From an uncultured Actinomycetota bacterium (GTDB lineage Bacteria; Actinomycetota; Actinomycetes; Propionibacteriales; Nocardioidaceae), in the NCBI GenBank assembly GCA_963834285.1, contig CAWIAZ010000014.1, positions 16,534-80,533 of the forward strand: a stretch of 64,000 bases of DNA. Direction: 5' to 3'. The position numbers and the translations under genes are program-made. Shown here one piece after another: positions 49,366-59,589 of the stretch. Below the pieces are notes generated by a model. That model saw nothing but the letters and a program-made list of their open reading frames with translations. It did no database searches and had not been told where the DNA came from. Each line of letters opens with the position of its first letter. Positions within the stretch are counted from its first letter, which is position 1.

Positions 49366-49570
49366 TACCAATCCGGCGCAGACCTTCGGGAAAGCAACGG
49401 AGCGGTGATCGGACAAGGAACGAAGATCCATCCCGCGAGGCGACTCGCGGCGTCGGCCCGGTGACGGGGACGGCGGGGTCGGAGATCCCGTCCGGTCGTC
49501 CGGGCGTCACCACTTCCGGACGAACTGAGGGCCTCTTGATGCTCATACCATCAAGAGGCCCTCTCCATTT
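49366..49570 (+). ncRNA. Candidate structured small RNA of about 200 nt
   Basis: Promoter-like TTGCGC-N18-TAGAAC at 49330-49359; C(UUCG)G loop 49383-49390; GNRA hairpin CCGCGAG-GCGA-CTCGCGG 49433-49450; long stem 49460-49511; terminator 49527-49570; no credible ORF. Confidence 0.55.
49527..49570. terminator. Intrinsic terminator
   Basis: 15-bp perfect stem GAGGGCCTCTTGATG-CTCATAC-CATCAAGAGGCCCTC followed by TCCATTT on the plus strand. Confidence 0.85.
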
Positions 49571-49616
49571 CCGGCCGGCCCCTGTCCGGCCCGTGATCGG
49601 CCCGTGCCGCGCGTGC

Positions 49617-50626
49617 CTAGCCCGCGATCGGGCGCAGCAGCTCGACCGAGACCTCGACCGGCGTGAAGCCCATCAGCTCGTTGATCGAGACCATGTGGTC
49701 GTTGGTCTCCGCGTTCTGGGTGACGATCCGGGTCATCTCGGGGTGGTGCTGCTGGAGGTGACGCAGGTTGGCGGCCTTGGTCGCCAGGCCCAGCCGGTGC
49801 CCCCGGTGCTCCCGGTGCACGAACGTGCCCCACTGCGACACGTCGGTGCGCCCCGGCGGCGGTACCGCCAGCGTGGACTGGGCGACCACCTCGCGCTCGG
49901 CGGTCACCGCCACGGTCTCGAGGATCGTCCGCCCCTGCTCGCGCAACGAGACCCGGCCCTCGGCGTACCGCTCGGGGGTGATCACCTCCTCCTCCAGCTC
50001 CAGGAGGCCGGTCGGGGCGTCGACCGCCAGCTGCCCGTAGAGGACGCACAACGACGGCACCAGGTCGTCGGGCACGTCGTCGACGTACGTCTCGAGCGTG
50101 TAGCCGGAGTGCCGCTGGGCCGCCAGCGCCGACCAGGCGTCGAGGTCCGCGTCCGGCACCGGCAGGTCGAGCCACCGGATCACCTCGGAGTTGGCCCAGG
50201 TGAAGCCGTGCCGCTCCGCGAACCGGCGGTAGCCGTGCTCGGCGCCCGCCCCCGCGGGGCTCTTCGAGCTCGGTGACCACCAGGCTGCGCCCGAGCGTGC
50301 CGACGTGCCGCACCCCGGCCTCGAGCAGCGCCGACCCGTGGCCGCGGCGTCGCTCGACCGGGTCGACGTCGACCTCGACCCAGGCCTTCTCGGTGTTGTC
50401 GAGCAGCGGCAGGTAGGTGGAGACCACTCCCACCAGCCGGTCGTCGACGTAGCCGCCGAAGAGGTCGACGCGCTCGCCGCTGTCGGGGTAGCGGTAGGTG
50501 CCGGCCATCTCCTGCCAGCTCCAGTGGGGGGAGCCCTCGCGCCCGTGCAGCGCGGAGCGGCACCCCAGCTCGTAGGCCTCCCGCAGCCGGGCGCTCGTCG
50601 GACGGGGCGATCAGTCGGACGTCCAC
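49617..50626 (-). CDS. Tandem-domain GNAT acetyltransferase, frameshifted
   Basis: V.P.ERRRGHGSALL and T.V...HRGHRLG...K, T.NAETN.HM...NE.MGF. Confidence 0.8.
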
Positions 50627-50637
50627 GGACGACGACG

Positions 50638-51987
50638 TTAGTCGGGCGCGGCCGGCGGCGGCGACTGGTTTACGTCGAGGGGGACGTCCCACACGCGCAG
50701 GGCGGGATCGTCGGCGGCGTACGAGCGCACCGGGCCGGGTCCGGTCTCGGCGGTCTCGAACCGCACGGTGACCACGCCGCGGCCCGAGCCCCACACCCAG
50801 CCCCGGCCCATCTCGTCGTGCTCGACGTCGAGGCCGGGGGTCCAGGTCGTGCGCCGGGACACCAGGTCCGAGGGCACCTCGACCGGCTCCGGCTCGGCGT
50901 CGGCATCGGCGTCGGACTCGCCGAACAGGTCGTCCTGGATCCAGTCGGCGAGGCCGGAGACGCCGACCCCGAGCAGCCGCACGCCGCCCGACGTGTCGAG
51001 GTCGGCCAGCAGCGACCGGGCGACCCGGCCGACGGTGGCGGCGGCGTCGGTGGGGGAGGCGAGGGTCGAGGAGCGGCTCAGCGTCGTGAAGTCGTGCAGC
51101 CGCACCTTGATCGTGACCGTGCGCCCCGACAGCCCGTGCTTGCGCAGCCGCTCGGCGACCTCCCGCGCCTGCCGGGTGAGCAGGCCCTCCATCAGCCGGC
51201 GGTCGGTCAGGTCGGTCTCGTAGGTGCCCTCGACGCTCACCGACTTGGCCTCCCGCTCGGCGACCACCGGGCGGTCGTCGTCGGCGCGGGCGAGGGCGTG
51301 CAGCCCGGCGCCGTGGGCCCGGCCGACCAGTCGAACGAGCTCCTCGAGCGAGACCCGCTCGAGGTCGGCGACGCTGTGCACCCCGGCCCGGCGCAGCCGC
51401 TCGGCGGTCGCCGGGCCGACCCCCGGGATCACCGTCACGCTCATCGGCCGCAGCAGCTCGCGCTCGGTGCCGGGGGGCACGACCACGAGCCCGTCCGGCT
51501 TGTCGAGGTCGCTGGCCACCTTGGCGATGAACTTCGAGGAGCCGAGCCCGATCGAGGCGGTCAGGCCCCCGGTGGCCTCCGCGACGGCGGCCCGCAGGTC
51601 CTCGGCCGCCGCGGTCACCGACGGCACCGACAGGTCGGTCAGGTCGCTCGCCGCGAGGTCGACGAAGGCCTCGTCGAGCGAGAGCGGCTCGACCAGGGGC
51701 GAGACCGAGCGCAGCAGCCTCATCACGACCTGGCTGGCGGTGCGGTAGGCGTGGAAGCGGCCGCCGAGGTAGGCGGCGTGCGGGCAGCGCGAGCGTGCCT
51801 CGCGGGTCGACATGGCCGAGTGGACGCCGTACGCCCTGGCCTCGTAGGACGCGGTGGCGACCACGCCCCGGCCACCGACGCCGCCGACCACCACGGGCTT
51901 GCCTCGCAGGGAGGGCTTGTCGCGCTGCTCCACCGAGGCGAAGAAGGCGTCGAGGTCCAGGTGGAGGACCGAGGCCTGCTGCCGCAC
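50638..51987 (-). CDS. dinB: DNA polymerase IV (DinB1-like)
   Basis: HLDLDAFFASVEQ, TASYEAR, SLDEAF, AKVASD..KPDG, IPGVG and clamp motif QDDLF. Confidence 0.95.
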   Translation of the reverse strand: MRQQASVLHLDLDAFFASVEQRDKPSLRGKPVVVGGVGGRGVVATASYEARAYGVHSAMSTREARSRCPHAAYLGGRFHAYRTASQVVMRLLRSVSPLVEPLSLDEAFVDLAASDLTDLSVPSVTAAAEDLRAAVAEATGGLTASIGLGSSKFIAKVASDLDKPDGLVVVPPGTERELLRPMSVTVIPGVGPATAERLRRAGVHSVADLERVSLEELVRLVGRAHGAGLHALARADDDRPVVAEREAKSVSVEGTYETDLTDRRLMEGLLTRQAREVAERLRKHGLSGRTVTIKVRLHDFTTLSRSSTLASPTDAAATVGRVARSLLADLDTSGGVRLLGVGVSGLADWIQDDLFGESDADADAEPEPVEVPSDLVSRRTTWTPGLDVEHDEMGRGWVWGSGRGVVTVRFETAETGPGPVRSYAADDPALRVWDVPLDVNQSPPPAAPD

Positions 51988-52136
51988 CCGGGCAACCTAT
52001 CGGCCCCTGGCGCCGGGACGACCCCGACGGCCCCGACGACCCACATTCCGTCCACAGGGACGGGTCGGAGCCCGGTCGTCCACAGGCCCGGCCTGGAGGC
52101 CGCGCGACCGGGGGAGGTCGGGGGCACGGTCGACCC

Positions 52137-53210
52137 ATGACTGCTCTCCCGCACGGCCCGCACGAGCCGGCCGACCAGACCACGCCACCCCTCCAGCCCG
52201 CTCCGCCCACGAGGCTCACCGCGCGCTGCCCCGAGGACGTCCTCGCTCTGGTGCCGGTGCTCCTGGGCTTCTACCCCGCCGACTCGGTCGCGATGCTGAC
52301 CTTCGGTGCGGCGCAGCCGTTCCACGCCCGGGTCGACCTGCCCTCCTCGCCCTGGACCACCGGTCAGCTCGACGAGGTGGTCGCCGGCCTGCTCGACCCG
52401 GTGCGCTGCCACGGGGTGCGGCGGGTGGTGCTCGTGGTCTACACCGACGACCCCCGGCTCGCGTCCCGGACCGCCCGGAGGTTGCTGCGCGCCTTCGCGC
52501 GGGAGGGGGTCGAGGTGCCCGAGATGCTGCGGGCCGACGGGTCCCGCTGGTGGCCCCTGGTCGGGCGTGACCGCGGCGCGCCCGACCACGGGGTGCCCTA
52601 CGACGTCTCGGCGCACCCCTTCCTCGTGCAGTCCGTGCTGGCCGGGCAGGTCACCCACGGTGCCCGCTCCGACCTGTCCGCCGGGCTGGTGCCCGACCCC
52701 CGGCGCGCGGCGGCGGTCGCACGGCTGGTCGCGGAGCAGGACGCCGGGCATGGCGCCGGCATGGGGCATGACGCCGAGCAGGACCGGTCGCTGCTGGCCG
52801 AGGGGGAGTGGGTGGAGGGGCTGGTGCGCGTCCACGCCGGGGCCGGCACCTCCCCGGCCGACCACGACGTGGCCCGGTTGCTGCGCGCCCTGCGCGCCAC
52901 CGTCCTGCGCGACGCCGCCTGGTCGGTGCTCACCCGGCCCGGCGCCCCCGACCACGTGAGGTTCTGGACCGACGTGCTGCGGCGCGCCCCCGACGACCTC
53001 GCCGCGCCGCCGGCGGCGCTGCTGGGGTGGGCCGCGTGGCAGAGCGGCGACGGCGCCCTGGCCTGGTGCGCGGTGGAGGCCGCCGAGGCCGCCGACCCCG
53101 ACTACCGGCTCACCGGCTACCTCGCCGCCGTCCTCGAGCGGGCGGTGCCGCCCTCCGCGTGGTCCCCGTCGATGGACTGGAGGCTGTGCGTGGTCGACTC
53201 CAGGACCTAG
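52137..53210 (+). CDS. DUF4192 family protein
   Basis: PED.LA.VP.LLGF.P.DS N-terminus, RD.AW and AW..GDGALAW.A...A...DPDY.L. Confidence 0.75.
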   Translation: MTALPHGPHEPADQTTPPLQPAPPTRLTARCPEDVLALVPVLLGFYPADSVAMLTFGAAQPFHARVDLPSSPWTTGQLDEVVAGLLDPVRCHGVRRVVLVVYTDDPRLASRTARRLLRAFAREGVEVPEMLRADGSRWWPLVGRDRGAPDHGVPYDVSAHPFLVQSVLAGQVTHGARSDLSAGLVPDPRRAAAVARLVAEQDAGHGAGMGHDAEQDRSLLAEGEWVEGLVRVHAGAGTSPADHDVARLLRALRATVLRDAAWSVLTRPGAPDHVRFWTDVLRRAPDDLAAPPAALLGWAAWQSGDGALAWCAVEAAEAADPDYRLTGYLAAVLERAVPPSAWSPSMDWRLCVVDSRT

Positions 53211-53220
53211 GGTTCCCGAC

Positions 53221-54691
53221 ATGGGCGAAGAGGTCGACGCACAGGAGTTCACGCGGGCCGACCGCACCGAGCACCGCGAGAAGGTGCACCGCTGCCTCGA
53301 CGTGTTCGCCCGGATGCTCAGCGAGGCCGCCTTCGACACCGACGACCCGATGACCGGCCTGGAGGTCGAGCTCAACCTGGTCGACGAGGTGGGCGACCCG
53401 GCGCTGAAGAACGCCGAGGTGCTGGCCGCGATCGCCGATCCCGACTTCCAGACCGAGCTCGGTCAGTTCAACATCGAGATCAACGTCCCGCCGGGCAAGC
53501 TGCGCGAGCGTGGGCTCGAGGACTTCGAGGACAACCTGCGCCGCAGCCTCAACAGTGCGGAGGCACGCGCGTCCGAGGTCGGCGCCCACCTCGTGATGAT
53601 CGGCGTGCTGCCGACGCTGGCCGAGGGGCACATGAGCGTCGACAGCCTCAGCGGCAACCCGCGCTACAAGCTGCTGAGCGAGCAGATCCTGGCGGCCCGC
53701 GGGGAGGACATCACGATCGCGATCGACGGCGCGGAGCGGTTGCGCTGCACCGCCGACTCGATCGTGCCCGAGGCCGCGTGCACGAGCATGCAGCTGCACG
53801 TGCAGACCTCGCCCGACCAGTTCGCCGCCTACTGGAACGCCTCCCAGGCGATGGCCTCGGTGCAGCTGGCGGTGGGTGCCAACTCTCCCTACCTGCTCGG
53901 CAAGCAGCTGTGGCGCGAGACCCGGATCCCGCTGTTCGAGCAGGCCACCGACACCCGCAGCGAGGAGCTCGAAGGCACAGGGCGTGCGGCCCCGGGTCTG
54001 GTTCGGGGAGCGGTGGATCACCACGGTCTTCGACCTGTTCGAGGAGAACGTCCGCTACTTCCCGGCGCTGCTGCCGATCACCCAGGAGGAGGACCCCCTC
54101 CAGGTGCTGGAGGCCGGTGGCACGCCCAACCTCGGTGAGCTCCGGCTGCACAACGGCACGATCTACCGCTGGAACCGCCCGATCTACGACATCAACCAAG
54201 GGGTGCCGCACCTGCGCGTGGAGAACCGGCTGCTCGCGGCCGGGCCGACCGTCGTCGACATGATGGCCAACTCCGCGTTCTACTTCGGGCTGGTCCGCGA
54301 GCTGGCGGAGTCGGAACGGCCGCTGTGGTCGCAGATGTCGTTCAGTGCCGCGGAGGAGAACTTCCACGTCGCTGCGCAGCAGGGCATCGAGGCCCAGGTC
54401 TACTGGCCGGGCGTGGGACAGGTGCGGGCCACCGAGCTCGTGCTGCGCCGGCTGCTGCCGCTCGCGCACGAGGGCCTCAGGTCGTGGGGCGTCGACACCA
54501 CCACCGCCGAACGGCTGCTGGGCGTCATCGAGCAGCGCTGCCTGCAGGGCACCAACGGCGCGGAGTGGTTCGTGCGCCGGATGGGCGACCACGAGGGCAA
54601 GGGCGCCGAGCGGTTCGACGCGCTGCGCTCCACCCTGCTCGAGTACCGCGAGCGGATGCACAGCAACGAGCCGGTCCACACCTGGACCTGA
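53221..54691 (+). CDS. Glutamate-cysteine ligase family (GCS2-like) protein, frameshift near 53970
   Basis: GLEVELNLVD, FQTELGQFNIE, ANSP, ETRIPLFEQ, LHNGTIYRWNRP and RVENR. Confidence 0.8.
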
Positions 54692-54695
54692 GCGC

Positions 54696-55123
54696 TCAGC
54701 GCTCCCGCAGCCGCTGCCAGGTCCGGCCGACCCCGGTGCGTGGGTCGCGCCAGGCCCGGCGGTTGACGACGACGAACGGCAGGTGCCGCCCGAGCTCGCC
54801 GGCGGCGGTGCGGGTGGCGGCCAGCCAGACCAGGTCGGCGTCGCGGGTCTCGACGAGGTCACCGGGGCGAGCCAGCCACACGAGCGCGGTGCTGCCGCGC
54901 TGGTGGGTGCGGCGCACGAGGGCGGAGACGACGTCCGCGCGCAGCGCCTGGTCGAGCACGTCGTCCGGGCCGGCGGTGAAGGCGCTCGACCGCTCACCGG
55001 GGACGCCGACGTGCAGCACCGGGGGAAGCTGCGGCGCCGCTCGGTGCGGGCGTGGTCGAGCACGGCGCGCCGCAGCCGGACGTGGAGCCCGTGGGAGACC
55101 GGTTCGACGATGCCGTCCTGCAC
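54696..55123 (-). CDS. Hypothetical protein, frameshifted
   Basis: Coding-like segments ERRRSFP / PVLHVGVPG...VWLARPG...WRDPRTG. Confidence 0.5.
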
Positions 55124-55259
55124 GAGGGCCTCCTGGGGTGCGTGCACGGGCGCACACGCGGGTTCCTCACCAGGGTGCCGCACCCGGCGCGGGCGCGCTC
55201 GTGCCCTCCACAGGCGAGCCAGGGCTGTGCCCGGCGTCACGGACGGGTAACGTGCCTGT

Positions 55260-55661
55260 ATGGCCACCGTAGTCGTCGGATACGTTCCCAAGCCCGAGGG
55301 CGAGGCTGCCCTCGCCAGCGCGATCGAGGAGGCCACCCGGCGCACCGCGACGCTGATCGTCGTCTACTCCCACCGCGGCGGGCCCGGCTTCGACGACGTG
55401 GCGTCTGCCAAGGCCGACGCCCAGGTCGAGGAGGTGAAGAAGCGGCTCGCCGACGCCGGCGTCAAGCACGAGGTCCGGCAGCTCGTCCGCGGCTTCGACC
55501 CCTCCGAGGACCTGATCCACGTCGCCCAGGAGGCCGACGCCGAGCTGATCGTGATCGGCCTGCGCCGCCGCACCCCGGTCGGCAAGCTGATCCTGGGCTC
55601 CAACGCCCAGCGGATCCTCCTCGACGCGCACTGCCCCGTGCTCGCCGTCAAGTCCGACTGA
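55260..55661 (+). CDS. Universal stress protein
   Basis: IVIGLRRRTPVGKLILGSNAQRILLDAHCPVLAVK. Confidence 0.9.
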   Translation: MATVVVGYVPKPEGEAALASAIEEATRRTATLIVVYSHRGGPGFDDVASAKADAQVEEVKKRLADAGVKHEVRQLVRGFDPSEDLIHVAQEADAELIVIGLRRRTPVGKLILGSNAQRILLDAHCPVLAVKSD

Positions 55662-55695
55662 GGGCACCCCGCCCCTCGGGTGGCACGCTGGGGTC

Positions 55696-57493
55696 ATGAC
55701 GACCCCGGTGCTGTCCCGCCGTGACCTGGAGTTCCTGCTGCACGAGTGGCTCGACGTCGGGAGCCTGACCGGTCGGGAGCGCTACGCCGAGCACTCCCGC
55801 GACACCTTCGACGCCGTCCTCGACCTGGCCGAGACCGTCGCCACCCGGCACTTCGCTCCGCACAACAAGCGCAACGACGCCGAGGAGCCGACCTTCGACG
55901 GCGCGCGGGTGCACCTGCACCCGGAGGTGGGCGAGGCGCTCGACGTCTACGCGCGCAGCGGCTTCCTCGGGGCGACGTTCGACGAGTCGCTCGGGGGGAT
56001 GCAGCTGCCGCACGTGGTCGCGGCCGCGACGGCGGCGTGGTTCCAGGCGGCCAACTGCGGCACCGGCGGCTATCCGTTCCTCACCCAGGCCAACGCCTCG
56101 CTGCTGGTGGAGCACGGGTCGGCCGAGCAGGTCGAGCGGTACGTGCGCCCGATGCTGGAGGGCCGCTTCTTCGGCACGATGTGCCTCAGCGAGCCGCAGG
56201 CAGGCTCCTCGCTGGCCGACGTGCTGACCACGGCCGAGCCCCAGGACGACGGCACGTTCCGGCTGCAGGGCAACAAGATGTGGATCTCCGGCGGCGACCA
56301 CGAGCTCAGCGAGACCATCGTCCACCTGGTGCTGGCCCGCACCGCGGGGGCGCCGGCCGGCGTCAGGGGCATCTCGCTGTTCCTGGTGCCCAAGCACCTG
56401 GTCGAGCGACGACGGCTCGCTGGGGGAGCGCAACGACGTGGTGCTGGCCGGCCTCAACCACAAGATGGGCTGGCGCGGCACCACCAACACGCTGCTCAAC
56501 TTCGGCGAGGGCGCCCACCTCCCGGGCGGCCGGCCCGGCGCGGTCGGCTACCTCGTCGGCGAGCAGCACCGCGGCCTGGCGGTGATGTTCCACATGATGA
56601 ACGAGGCCCGGGTCGGGGTGGGCCTGGGCGCGGCGGCGCTCGGCTACACCGGCTACCTCAAGGCCCTCGACTACGCCCGGAGCCGCACCCAGGGCCGTCC
56701 GCCCGGCGCCAAGGACCCGGCGTCGCCGGCCGTGCCGATCATCCACCACGCCGACGTCCGCCGGATGCTGCTGACGATGAAGTCCTACGTCGAGGGCGGC
56801 CTCGGCCTGGTGCTCTACGCCGCCCGTCTGGTCGACGAGGAGAAGACCGCCCCCGACGAGGCCGCCGCCCGAGAGGCGCACCGGCTGCTCGAGGTGCTCA
56901 CCCCGATCGTGAAGTCGTGGCCGTCGCAGTGGTGCCTGGCCGCCAACGACCTGGCCATCCAGGTGCACGGCGGCTACGGCTACACCCGTGAGTACGACGT
57001 GGAGCAGCACTACCGCGACAACCGGCTCAACCCGATCCACGAGGGCACCCACGGCATCCAGGGCCTCGACCTGCTCGGTCGCAAGGTGGTGATCGACGAC
57101 GGCGCCGGGCTCGTGCTGCTCGCCGAGCGGATCCTCGCCACGACCGACGAGGCAGCCCGGCGCGGGGGCGAGATCGCCGTCGACGGGGCGGCGGTGCGAG
57201 CGGCCGCCGAGCGGCTGGTCGCGGTCACCCAGAAGGCGTGGTCGGCGGGCGACGTGGAGCTGAGCCTGGCCCACTCCTCGGTCTACCTCGAGGCAGCGGG
57301 CGACGTCGTGGTGGCCTGGATCTGGCTCCAGCAGGCCCTGGCGGCGGGGGAGTCGGCCGGCGCCTTCTACGACGGCAAGCGGCAGGCGGCGCGGTGGTTC
57401 GTGCGCAACGAGCTGCCGCGCACCGGGCCGCAGCTCGACCTGCTCGAGCGGCTCGACCGCACCCACCTCGACATGGCCGACGCCTGGTTCTGA
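55696..57493 (+). CDS. Acyl-CoA dehydrogenase (long type), frameshift near 56405
   Basis: GTMCLSEPQAGSSL, GNKMWISGGDH, MFHMMNEAR, QVHGGYGY and IHEGTHGIQ. Confidence 0.9.
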
Positions 57494-57529
57494 CGCGGAC
57501 GACCCGCGCTCCGGGTCGTGGCCGCCGGC

Positions 57530-58606
57530 TCAGGCGAGCAGCGCGGCCCGGTGCCGGTGCGCCTGGCCGAAGAGCTGCCCGAGCGCGTGGGCGCGCTTGA
57601 ACACCATCTGCGCGTCGTGCTCCCAGGTGATCGCGATCCCGCCGTGCAGCTGCACGGTCTCGGCGGCCACCCGGTGGAGGGCCTCGGCGCAGTAGGAGCC
57701 GGCCACCGCGGTCAGGCGCTCGGCGTCGGCGCTGCCGACCGACACCGCGTGCGCGGCGGCCCAGAAGATCGAGCGCGAGGTCTCGACCAGCACGAGCATG
57801 TCGGCCATCCGGTGCTTGAGCGCCTGGAAGGACCCGATCGGCCGACCGAACTGCACGCGCTCGAGGCTGTAGGCCACCGTCATGTCCAGGGCGCGCTGCG
57901 CGCAGCCGACCTGCAGCGCGGCGACCCCCACCGTGCCGACGAGGTGGGCCCGCGCCAGCGCGGCGGTGGCGCCGGTGGGGCCGGCCGCCACCGGGGTGGC
58001 GGGGCACCCGTCGAGGTGCAGCGTCGCGAGCCGCTGAGTGGTGTCCATGGCGGGGGTGCGGGTGCGGTCCACCCGGTCGGCGTCGACCTCGAAGAGCCCG
58101 ACCCCGTCGTCGGTGCGCGCGGCCACGAGCAGGACGTCGGCCAGGTCGCCGAAGAGCACCTCGGTGACGGTGCCGGTGAGCAGCCCGTCCTCGGCCCGCA
58201 CGGGCTCCTCCAGCCCGGGGCCCCGGGTGCCGGACCAGCCGATCGTCGCGACCTCGCCGGCGGCGATCCGCGGCAGCAGCCGCCGGCAGGCGTCGTCGTC
58301 GCCGCCGGCGAGCAGGGCCTCGGCGGTGACCACCGAGGCGAGCAGCGGCGACGGGGCCAGCGAGCGACCCAGCTCGTCGAGCACCACCAGGGTCTCGAAC
58401 AGCGAGAAGCCGGCGCCGTCGTACTCCTCGGGGACGGCGAGCGCCGCGGCCCCGATCTGCTCGCAGAGCAGCTGCCACAGCGCCGGGTCGTGACCCTGCT
58501 CCGACGCGGCGGCCGCGCGGACGGCGGCGCTGTCGGCGCGCTTGGCGAGCAGGCTGCGCAGGGTGCCGGCGAGCTCGGCCTGCTCCTCGGTCAGGCGGAA
58601 CTCCAT
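57530..58606 (-). CDS. Acyl-CoA dehydrogenase, FadE33/IpdE2-like
   Basis: RVQFGRPIGSFQALKHRMAD and QLHGGIAITWEH; position in the KstR2 cluster. Confidence 0.8.
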   Translation of the reverse strand: MEFRLTEEQAELAGTLRSLLAKRADSAAVRAAAASEQGHDPALWQLLCEQIGAAALAVPEEYDGAGFSLFETLVVLDELGRSLAPSPLLASVVTAEALLAGGDDDACRRLLPRIAAGEVATIGWSGTRGPGLEEPVRAEDGLLTGTVTEVLFGDLADVLLVAARTDDGVGLFEVDADRVDRTRTPAMDTTQRLATLHLDGCPATPVAAGPTGATAALARAHLVGTVGVAALQVGCAQRALDMTVAYSLERVQFGRPIGSFQALKHRMADMLVLVETSRSIFWAAAHAVSVGSADAERLTAVAGSYCAEALHRVAAETVQLHGGIAITWEHDAQMVFKRAHALGQLFGQAHRHRAALLA

Positions 58607-59589
58607 CAGGCACCCACCCGCGACCCGACCAGCGACCCGAGCACGACCGCACGGTGGTGGGCCGGGGTGCCCCAGGCGGTCACGAGCGCGCGGACCTTCG
58701 TGATCCACAGGCTCAGGTCGAGCTCCTGGGTGTAGCCGATCGCGCCGTGCACCTGCAGGCCGGTGCGGGAGGCGAGGTACGCCGCGTCGGCGCACGCGAC
58801 CTTGGCCGCCGACACGTCGCGTCGCTGCGGGTCGAGGGCGGCTCCCTGCACCAGGGGTCGGGCGAAGTCGAGCGCGATCCGGACGTCGGCGAGGGCGTGC
58901 TTGATCGCCTGGTAGGAGCCGATCTCGCGGCCGAACTGCTTGCGCTGCTTGACGTAGGAGACCGAGTCGGCCAGCAGCCGCTCGCCTGCGCCGAGCAGCT
59001 GGGCGGCGGTGGCGAGCACCGCCAGGTCGAAGGCCGCGTCGAGGTCGCCCACGGGGTGCGAGAGCGACTCGCTCGCCGGGACGACCCGGGCGAGCCGACG
59101 CGCGCGGTCCACGGACCCGAGCCGCTCGCCGGGCGCGGCGGTGGCCAGCAGCCCGTCGGCGGCCAGGAACACGTGGTCGGCGACCTCGGCGTCGAGGGCG
59201 TAGGGCACGTGCGGAGGCACGGCCACGGTGCCGACGGCGCCCTCGGCGAGCGCGGTGAGGACGCTGGGACTGTCGGCGTCGTCGGGTGCGGGCGCCAGCG
59301 CCAGCGGCAGGAAGGCGGCCGACTCGACCCAGGGGCCCGGGACGGCGTGCCGCCCGATCGCCTCGAGCGCGATCACCAGCTCGACCGGCGTGGCCCCCAT
59401 CCCGCCGGCCTCCTCCGGTACGACGAGCGCGGTGACGCCCTGCTCGGCCAGCCGGCGCCAGAGCGCGAGACCGGGGCCGGGGTCGCCGTCGGCCCAGGCC
59501 CGGGCGACCGCGGGGGTGTCGGCGGCGGCCAGCAGCGACTCGAGGGAGGCGGCGAAGTCGCGCTGGTCGGGGGTGGGCTCGAAGTTCAT
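58606..59589 (-). CDS. Acyl-CoA dehydrogenase, FadE32-like
   Basis: RKQFGREIGSYQAIKH and QVHGAIGYTQELDLSLW. Confidence 0.8.
   Translation of the reverse strand: MNFEPTPDQRDFAASLESLLAAADTPAVARAWADGDPGPGLALWRRLAEQGVTALVVPEEAGGMGATPVELVIALEAIGRHAVPGPWVESAAFLPLALAPAPDDADSPSVLTALAEGAVGTVAVPPHVPYALDAEVADHVFLAADGLLATAAPGERLGSVDRARRLARVVPASESLSHPVGDLDAAFDLAVLATAAQLLGAGERLLADSVSYVKQRKQFGREIGSYQAIKHALADVRIALDFARPLVQGAALDPQRRDVSAAKVACADAAYLASRTGLQVHGAIGYTQELDLSLWITKVRALVTAWGTPAHHRAVVLGSLVGSRVGA

Noticed and set aside
49200-49610. Chromosomal replication origin
   Set aside because: No dnaA/dnaN context and no AT-rich unwinding element; kept only as a DnaA-box-like array.
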